A DNA stretch of 64,000 bases from Calcarisporiella thermophila CBS 279.70. Taxonomy: Eukaryota > Fungi > Calcarisporiellomycota. Both the position numbers and the translations under genes were made by a program. Numbering within the stretch: the first letter of the stretch is position 1; each line of letters starts with the position of its first letter. The notes under the pieces are model-generated. The model saw only the letters and a list, made by a program, of their open reading frames with translations. It did no database searches and had not been told where the DNA came from. The stretch covers positions 465,444-529,443 of the forward strand of contig NW_027192194.1 in assembly GCF_041956535.1 (NCBI RefSeq), read 5' to 3'. Positions 54,811-64,000 of this stretch are shown piece after piece.

Positions 54811-55516
54811 GAATAATATGATGCTGCAATTTCTTATCTGTTATTTATAAATTTTCCTTTTCTCTTTTATTCATTGTTATTTTCTTCATCTCATAGCTGG
54901 TTGAGAATATATACACGATGGGTCGGGTAATCCGTACCCCCCCTTTATTTTTGGAATTACAAATAATTATGGGCGGTTTTTTTTTCATGCATTATTCATG
55001 CATATTAAAGGAAAAGATGCGCCGAATACTTTAGATAATATCAACATCTTTTATTGTCAATTATAGGTCCAAACAATATGTAGTGCTTTAGTTTGCTAAA
55101 AGGCAGTTATAATCAATTCAACTACGAAGGAAGTTAAAGCCTTTTCTGTCTGACGAGCTCTTATGTTATCATGATAGGCACAAGTATATGCGCCCAAATC
55201 AAATTTCAACTAGATCATTCTATCTGGAATAAATGCCAGTTATTGCATTGCCTTTGATATTTTGGGCATAATTTCTTGGATAATTGATAATATTGTATTT
55301 TATAATTTCAAAATCTTAATTTAAGAAATTTGTGACTAAATTTTGAGCATTCACTTTCAAAAGGGAATAAAGGAAGCATAGTGCAACTTGCACCACTTTC
55401 ATGGCACTCTTCAAGATATAATCCAAAATTGTCCTTGCTCTTATATTCATTTGCTTTGATTTTACTGCCTCTTTTTGGAAAAATCTCCTATTTCATTTTG
55501 TTCGCGACGGTAGGGC

Positions 55517-58500
55517 ATGGCAGATCCACGCGATGATACCGAGCTAGACTCGCCACCCGCCGTGCGCAGATCCGCAAATAATGTCGCTAACTCCCGACAG
55601 CTTACTTCGCCCCTTGTGGATCTCGAGAGATCTACATCCCCTGTAGCTTCTTCACTCGATCGCTCTGACGCAATTGAATTCGATGACATGCAACGTCAAG
55701 TTGCAGAGGCATTGCGAAACAAGCTGTAGGTTTTAAAATTGCTAACATTTTTCATATAATATTTTACTTAATTGTGAATATGTGATAGAAATGATGTTGA
55801 CGATGACTTTACATTTAAGCGAATTCATGTTCCAAAATCTGGTCGCTTCCATCGCGCTCCTTCACCATCGCCTCTCTTTTCGCATCACTCTTCCTCTACC
55901 TCTCAGATTCAGCAAAACAAAAGCGATGAAGATGATTTTAATGATGGCGATTGGGTCGTTGAGGGTACCGGGCGTCGCGTGACCTATGATGATTTCACTA
56001 CGATCGACTGGATACATGATTTTGCTAAGGAGCGCGTGAGGCAACGAAGATTACGATCACAAAAGGGCATATATCGACAGTTATGGGCAGCATTCGATTC
56101 AACACAAGCTTGGATTATCATTTTGGGCGTCGCAATTGCAACTGGCTGGTTAGCAGCATTTATTGATATCTCTACAGAGTGGTTAGGAGACCTGAAAGAG
56201 GGATATTGTGGTACCGGATTTTATTTGAATCGAAAATTCTGCTGCTGGGGTATAGAAGGTAAGGCTGTGGATACAAGGTTATGATGGTTGCTATATTTCA
56301 TTTTTCTTCTTTCATCAGAGAACGAGCCATGCAGTTTCTGGGTATCATGGGGGGACCTTGTATCTGGTTCTAGTACAGGAAAATTCTTTTTATCCTATCT
56401 CTTTTATGTGATCTTCGCAATAGTATTTGCAACTACAGCATCTGTGCTAGTGGTGAATTTTGCCCCATATGCTGCGGGCAGTGGGATACCCGAAGTAAAA
56501 ACAATATTGGGGGGATTCGTGATTCGAAAGTTCCTAGGGCTCTGGACCCTATGCGTGAAGAGTGTTGGGCTGGTGAGTAAAAAAATAAGGCTAGTTATTA
56601 ATTACGCGAGTTAAAATCTTCTTTTTAGGTGCTCGCGACAGCTTCCGGGTTGAGTATCGGTAAAGAAGGTCCGCTTGTGCATGTCGCTTGTTGCTGCGGA
56701 AATGTGTTCCCTAGATTGTTCGAAAAATATCGGAATAATGAGGCCAAGAAACGCGAGATTCTATCAGCTGCTTCGGCCGCAGGTATCTCGGTCGCATTTG
56801 GAGCCCCAATTGGGGGTGTGTTATTCAGTTTAGAGGTAACGGGATTTTCGCTCTTGGTGTTCGTTATAAAGTGAATAAACATTAATTCTATTTTCGTTGA
56901 AACATAGGAGGTGTCTTCGTATTTCCCGTCAAAAACAATGTGGAGAAGTTTCTTTTGTGCGCTGGTGGCATCGGTTGTATTGCAGGTAGTCACCCTATTA
57001 TATCCTTGTGAATTAAATATAACTTGGTGTGATTGATGCTTTTGCTTTTTTTTTTTGGTAGCTTATGAATCCCTTTCGAACTGGCAAACTCGTGCTTTTT
57101 CAAGTTTCTTATGACCGCAATTGGCATGGGTTTGAGATGATATTTTTTGTAATCTTGGGAGTGCTGGGAGGACTCTTCGGCGCATTCTTCACCCATCTTA
57201 ACCTGCGCATCACTGAATACCGCAAATCAACTTGGATTAGACATTTTCCAATTGAAGAGGTAGTTATAGTGACTCTTGCGAGCTCTTTATTCGGCTATTT
57301 AAATAGATTTATGCGGTAAATATTTGACTATTAAGGCATATCTAATTTTATATGCATGCTGATGTTGTTTCTTGGTACAGGGTGAGCTCATCCGATTTAC
57401 TTGGCAGTTTATTTCGAGAGTGCGAAAGGAGCAGCAAATTTGGCCTTTGCAAGTAAGCGTTGACATGAGATGTTCACTTGTGTGTGATCACATACTAACC
57501 TTATGTATTAGCTCTGATGATTTCCTTTCAATAGCCCTTCTTCTAATCTTAGCAGGCACCCTAAAAATATTCTTCACTGCTGTTACGTTTGGGACAAAAG
57601 TGCCTGCAGGTGTTCTCACTCCTTCCATGGCCATCGGTGCTTGCTTTGGACGGGCACTTGGCCTTCTTATCCAGGCCTGGCAGCGATACCACCATGGTTT
57701 TTGGTTATTTGCCAGCTGCAAGCCCGATATGCCTTGTGTCACACCTGGAACTTATGCAATGGTGGGAGCTGCGGCTGCCCTCGGGGGAGTGACACGCATG
57801 ACGGGTTAGAATGCATTTCGCCACAAGTGCGTAAATCATGCTGTATTGAACTAACATGCTATTATCCCAGTTTCCCTTGTGGTTATCATGTTTGAGTTGA
57901 CGGGTGCTCTGACTTATGTTTTGCCCATTATGATTGCAGGTAAGCTTGTTATATTCGATTACCATTATTATCCGCCCCTTAATATGCCTTTTCCTTCTAG
58001 TTATGATTAGCAAATGGGTGGGCGATGCATTTGGCAAGGAAAGTATCTACGATGGCATCATTCGACTGAACGGCTTTCCATATCTCAACAGTAAGGAAGA
58101 GTATGTGCATCACACTCTTGCTTCGGACGTCATGACAAGAGTAGATGATTTAGTGCTGATCACAGCCACAGGAATGACGATTGAGAATTTGGGTAGGTTA
58201 TTTGCTTCCATTACATCTATTTTCGTATCAATTAACTATTGATTGTAGATGAGCTTTTACATGAGACTGACTACAAGGGATTCCCCGTCGTAAATTCTTT
58301 GGGGGATTTAGCCCTAGTGGGCTACATTTCACGATCTGAACTTCGATACGCTCTTGGTACATCTTTGGCAACATATAGTTGAGTTTTGTCGTTCACCTTA
58401 ACAATTATCAATTGTTTTTGTAGAGGAAGCGCGGACTAAATCAAACGTAGATGCCTCATCACCTTGCTATTTTACAAGTAACTTCCCTATCTTAGAGAGT

Positions 58501-58930
58501 AGCGCATTCGTAGATCTAAGGCCATGGATGGACCTAGTAAATATCAAAGTTGCTTTTTCTGCTGTATCTATTAAATTATTGACCTTCGGGTTAAATTATA
58601 TCAGACACCAATTACGGCTTCCTATAAGTCACCTATGATTCTTATCGTAGACCTATTTCAAAAAATGGTATACCAATTTTTTTTTTTGGAAATAACCAGT
58701 GAGAATGGATGGTCTAACTATTGTTCTTCTTACAGGGAATCCGCTATGTCCTCCTTACCATGCGTGGCCAGCTGATGGGTCTAATCACGAAAAAGGATGT
58801 TTTAAGGCATCTCGCGATCCTTGAGCACCCTCAGTTCGACACTGCAGGGTTCATTGTAGGGGATGGATCTGCGGCGAATTTAATATCTTTTGAGAGGCGG
58901 TTATCGCAGGCGTCTTCAATGATGGATTAG
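55517..58930 (+). CDS. CLC family Cl-/H+ exchanger (Gef1/CLC-3-like) with CBS domains
   Basis: [33 protein letters not shown]|[15 protein letters not shown]|[26 protein letters not shown]. Confidence 0.95.
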
Positions 58931-59298
58931 TGTGAGATCTGTAAACTGGAGTTGTGTATTATTCTCTATCTTAGATAAATATATGATATCAAATATCATG
59001 CTCGACTACGAGCAACTCAATTTTGGAAGCCGAGTTTACGACCGATAGCAGAAAAATCACTTATCTTTCGAATACAGACTAAGTGAGGATAGGGAATGAA
59101 AATTTGAAGCACAAAGATTTCGAGTGGTGAACTTGAACACATCTGAATATGAAAAATGTTAACCCATCGAGGTATCTGATGTTTGAATAGATATTAGATC
59201 TTGATTAATCATCACAGCAAATATTCTACAATGACAGCAGCATAAATATAGTCTCTATAAAACAAGTGATAAAAAAAAAAGATAATTCTACGTGCCCA

Positions 59299-60018
59299 TC
59301 AGCTATTCTTCCTTCTCTGATGGGGTAATGTAAGGCTAGAAGTAAAGGTGCCCGCCAACACCAACATAATTCCAAATGCTGTACAAGTTTTCCAGAACCG
59401 ACCAAATGAGCCTTCGCCTGCCTTTTCTTGGCTTTTTTCGCGCTCCCACTGACGTCTTTGCGCAGCCTGCGCACGTAGCTCCTCCCCGTAGTGCTTTTCG
59501 TAGTGCTCCTTGTGGTTGAAGCTCCCCGGCTTTACCCCAAAGGGAGTAGCGCTCACTGTGGGACTGCGTCGTATTGGCCTTGAGGCTGAGAAACGACTCC
59601 TGGATACTGACGCATGTCGTGCGCTACTTCCCCGATTAATCGTGCGGTCATACTCTCTTCTAGACGCCTCGTGTCCAAGGATCGAATATGCTTCGCTATA
59701 AATAATACAGCAAATCGTCGGCTAGAGAACGAAGCTAGAACGGCAGTAGAATAATTACCTAATTTTTAAGAATTTCTTATGCGCTTCTTCGCTATTGTTT
59801 CGATCTGGATGGTATTTGAGTGATAATTTGTAGAATTGCGATTTGATTTTTTTTCCATCTGCATCGGGATGGCATTCAAGTGCCTCATAATGATTGCGAA
59901 GGATAATTGAGGTACTGAAATGGCGGGGATAAAACTGTGACATGCGAGATGCACACTGCGATTGTTTTAAAACCTGTGCGCATATCTTGGTTGAATGCCA
60001 TTGATGCAGGCCTGCCAT
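59299..60018 (-). CDS. J-domain (DnaJ) co-chaperone, probably mitochondrial, with C-terminal TM
   Basis: Presequence-like N-terminus ending RHFSTS; NHYEAL..IKSQFYKLSLKYHPDRN..FLKI|SEAYSILG..RREYD; C-terminal hydrophobic segment. Confidence 0.88.
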
Positions 60019-60169
60019 TTTACATATCTATCTTAAAAATCATGCCAGATAATTTTTATACTGGTAACTAAATGAAATCGCTTGGTGGCTAAGATTTTTA
60101 TAATCGTAGACAGGATTTTAGTTTCTCTGTTTGTTTTCAACGCGTCAACAGATCTGACGGCAAACCATA

Positions 60170-62350
60170 ATGGGAGATAGGCAATACGATTTCGACGATA
60201 TATATCTCGGAATGCAGCGAGATGCGGGCCGCTTACGGCTGGCACCAAGCGGCGTTGGATGGAAAGCGGGTGAAAAAATGCTTACCGTCCCAATTGCAGA
60301 TATAAAAAAGATCCACTGGCTACGAGTAGCACGCGATTTCCAACTACGCATCACATTACGCAATGGCAATGTAGTCAAGTTTGACGGATTCAAGAAAGAT
60401 GTAACGATGATTATTATGAATAATTGTCACCTTTTTTCAGGCTGTGTACTGATCAGAGTTTTTTTTTTCTCTCTCTGCTGTAGGATTTCGAGGAGTTAAA
60501 ATCAATCATAAAATCTCTGTATCATTTACAACTGGAAAATAAGGAGCTCAGCCTTAAGGGTTGGAACTGGGGACAAACGGATTTCCAGGGATCTCAGCTC
60601 CTCTTTAATGTTTCAAATCGCACGATGTTTGAGCTGCCATTAGATGAAGTCACAGACACCAATCTTACATCAAAAAATGAAGTGAGCCTAGAGTTTGTTT
60701 TATCCGATCAGTCTTCTGGTGGGAAAAAAGGCCGCGTGGCTTCCGATGTGGACCAGCTGGTGGAAATGCGATTGTTTATTCCTGGGACTGTGGTTAAGGA
60801 GGAGACTGATGACATCGAGAATAAAGAGGGTGAGGACGGGGAGGAGGAGATTAGTGCAGCACAAGCATTCTATGACATGGTGAAAACGAAAGCAGATTTG
60901 GGCCAGGTCACTGGCGAGGGTATTGTTTCCTTCTCTGAAGTGTTATTCCTTACACCACGGTAGGCTATCCTGATACCACTTCTTTATCGAAGCTCCCTAA
61001 ACTTTTTTTTTTACTCTCTCAGTGGGCGATATGAAATCGATATGTACCCCGACTTCTTGCGGTTGCGCGGAAAAACCTATGACTACAAGATTGTTTACGA
61101 CAATATTATCAAACTTTTCTTATTACCAAAGCCAGACGACCTTCATGTCGTCTTTGTGGTATGTCTCGTTATTAGCTAGATCCCTAAGATGCAATGGCAA
61201 AATAGTATTAAATCTCTAATTTTTTTCCTTTCTTTTTTTTTTTTTAGATTGGACTAGACCCTCCTTTGCGACAAGGCCAGACTCGGTATCCATTCTTGGT
61301 GCTGCAGTTTATTCGAGATGAAGAGCTAGAGGTTACCCTGAATTTAGATGAGTATGTATTTTTTATATCCTTTTACCGTTAGCTTTTCTAAACCAAATTT
61401 TCTTATGTACCTATTATAACAGCGAAACGATTAATGAGAAGTATGAGGGTAAATTGCAAAAGTCATATGACGCACCAACCTATGAAGTGGTGAGCACAAT
61501 CTTCCGCGGACTTGCAGGCAGGAAAGTCACTGTTCCTGGAAGTTATAAGAGGTAATTCTCTAAATTTAACTATCATCCACAAGGGAAACTTGACTCTTTT
61601 TTTTTCTGCTGGAATTAATAGCCACCACGGTGCAGCGGGTATCAAAGCATCAATGAAAGCAAACGAGGGTCACCTCTATCCGCTCGAGAAATGCTTCCTG
61701 TTCATTCCGAAACCTACCACCTTTATTCCTCATCAGGAAATTGAAAGCGTAGTATTTTCACGGCAAGTTTTTCATATATTTTGAAGAGATATATAGAGCT
61801 TTTGTTAATTCCCACTATTCGATTGTTTTTTTTTTAGTGTTGGAACTTCGTTGACAAGTTCAAGAACCTTCGATCTTAAATTCAACATGCGGAGCGGCCA
61901 AGACTATCAATTTTCAAGTATTAACAGGTATTCAGCGAGAACTTATCCTTCTAGATGTGATTTATTGCTTATCATATGGGTTTTTTTTTTAAAGAGAGGA
62001 GCATGCAACCTTAGACGAGTTCCTTAAGAGTAAGAAAATCAAGATCAAGAACGAGCTCAACGAGGACACTGTTGTTAGCTATGCTGAGCTGGGCGAAGAA
62101 AGCGAGTCAGACGAAGAAGCTGGAGGGGGACGAAAGAGGCGTCGGACTGAGGGTGAAGACATGGATGAAGATGAGAGTGGTAATTATATTTCTTGTGGGC
62201 TAAATCATAACGAGTTACTCACGCTACTCTTGCTCTCTACTCTTAGTTGACGAAGATTTCGTTGCAGAGGAATCGGAATCCGACGTGGCCGAAGAGTATG
62301 ATTCCGAGGCAGGATCCGACGAAGAGAATGCCGAAGAGGACGAGGAGTAG
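60170..62350 (+). CDS. POB3: FACT complex subunit Pob3/SSRP1
   Basis: [24 protein letters not shown]|[47 protein letters not shown], acidic tail, no HMG box. Confidence 0.97.
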
Positions 62351-62609
62351 TTACCCGAAGCGCATGCTTAAAGGTACTACTCCGTTTTTCTATATTTTTT
62401 CTTTTTTCCACTAAGCTATAACTAAGATAGCCTTGTTTTGTAAGAAACTTAATTCTTTGAATAAAATGACTGTAAGTTTTATATAAAGTTCGAAGTGTGA
62501 AAATAAAGGTGATGCAAATCCAAAGAGTACAGCAAGATAGTATAATAAATATTTAAACAGTGGTAGGAGAAAAATAATCTTTTGCGATTATGAAAATAGA
62601 AATTAAAAC

Positions 62610-63731
62610 CTATTCTTTTAGCACGTTGGCTTTGAGCAATAATGTTCGAAGTTCCTCTTTGCTATGTAGAGCTTGTAGCTCGTCACTTCCTCCTACTGAT
62701 TGCCCATTAATAAACACATTGGGGAAGGTGGAGCGCCCGGTGAGGGCGGTGAGGGCTTGCTTGATTTCATAAGTGTCATCTGTAATATAGTAAATACATG
62801 AGTCAATGCCGATATGCACAAACAATAGCAAGTCTACCTCTTTCATCAGCTTCAACTACATAGAAGGGCGTAGTGAGGGAATAGCCACGGAGAATTCCTT
62901 TGGCTCGGAGAGAGTACCTAATATCGAGAGGGAAGAAGGTGAGCCTAGCTAGAGCAAAGTTAAAGGAAGATTTAGGCATACTAACGGGCAATAGGTTTTC
63001 GAGAAGACGACCACGGGATGCGTACTAATAATCTCTTTAATTTCCTTCATCAAAGCATCTTCCTGCCCGTGATTCTGCATTTCCTCTTCGAGCTTCTCAG
63101 CTCCATCTTCGCCCAGATTGAGCAGATCTTCCTCAGACGGCTCCTCCAACATCCCTCCCAGAGGATCTTCCAGCAAATGCTCTCGCATATGCTCATCCGC
63201 ATGACTTTCCATATGCTCCTCAAGATTTTCACCCTCCTCCTCCACATGATCATCTTGTGAGCTCTCCTCATCTCCATTCTCCGCCATTCTATCCTCCAGT
63301 GCTGTCTCGTCGGTAGCATCCGACAATTCGTCATCATTTGTTTTCTCCTCCCTCGAGTGTCCTTCATTATCGTCCGTCTTCATCTCCTCCGGCAAGTCTG
63401 CTGATGACTCACCAGCATGCCAAATATAAACTTCCTCTTCCGCCTCCTCAGCAGCAATAGCAGCTGCTTGTTCACTTAGTTTTTCCGCCGCTTGGGGGCG
63501 TAGATGATGCTTTGGAAGAGAAAGGGAGTGTATACTGAAATTGATGGAATCACCAGGAGCCCCAAATTTGATCAGAATGACGAGAGTGAGAAAGAAAATG
63601 CATATTGAGAGAAAAAGTAAGCGGAAACGCCGGGTTCGAACAAGAGATTGCGGATTTAGAAGGGATTTACGGCGCGGTCTTTTCGGTAATTCATGGTATT
63701 GGGGAAGAAGGGGTGCTGATTTTATAGCCAT
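62610..63731 (-). CDS. Membrane-anchored monothiol glutaredoxin (Grx6/Grx7-like, CPYS)
   Basis: N-terminal RR-rich segment + TM, long acidic linker, VVVFSKTYCP|YSLRAK, TGRSTFPNVFING..GGSD. Confidence 0.9.
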
Positions 63732-64000
63732 TAAATTAATGTATGAATGTAAGGTATCAACATAAAGAAATGGTAATGGAGGTAATCTGTAATCTTAGCT
63801 TAGGAAAGAAACGGGAGAATTTTATGGAATAAGTGGCTTGCGGGCGGACTGCGAAAGAGAATGAAATATTGTGTGACTGCTGCATAGCTTTGCGGCTAGA
63901 TCTCAGCATTATAATATAATTTTCGCGAGAATTTTTCTTTTCGCGTTTAACACCTACATCGGCATGCCCACCACTAGTACAAGACATTATTCATCAGCAA

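Overview
Gene-dense, intron-rich nuclear DNA from a fungus. It is most likely an early-diverging lineage (Mucoromycota/Zoopagomycota-like), inferred from short GT-AG introns, fungal-type tropomyosin/POB3/PCL cyclin, and GNL1-, C7orf25- and RSPRY1-like genes. About 24 protein-coding genes can be assembled from the ORF fragments. In order: APC amino-acid permease, F-box protein, two tandem MscL-like channels, a PP1-binding RVxF protein, a 4-TM protein with a Pro/Met-rich tail, MAD2, a C2H2 transcription factor, a cytochrome P450, GNL1, alanyl-tRNA synthetase, a PCL-type cyclin, a secreted LPMO-like protein, DUF1308/C7orf25, dipeptidyl peptidase IV, an ARM+SPRY protein, tropomyosin, RPT3, ARPC3, GGA, a CLC transporter, a J-protein, POB3 and a membrane-anchored monothiol glutaredoxin. 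No intact mobile element, tRNA, rRNA or CRISPR array was seen. Highlights not in the ORF track: (1) a stand-alone box H/ACA snoRNA at about 41937-42106 whose pocket matches the LSU rRNA site equivalent to yeast psi2314; (2) a histidine-brace LPMO-like protein with an atypical second-sphere Lys and a cationic GNRxQ repeat tail; (3) both MscL paralogs keep an ExxxLL sorting motif and a C-terminal zinc ribbon; (4) an in-frame, presequence-like upstream ORF separated from ALA1 by a single TGA. Exon boundaries were read by eye and some are approximate.
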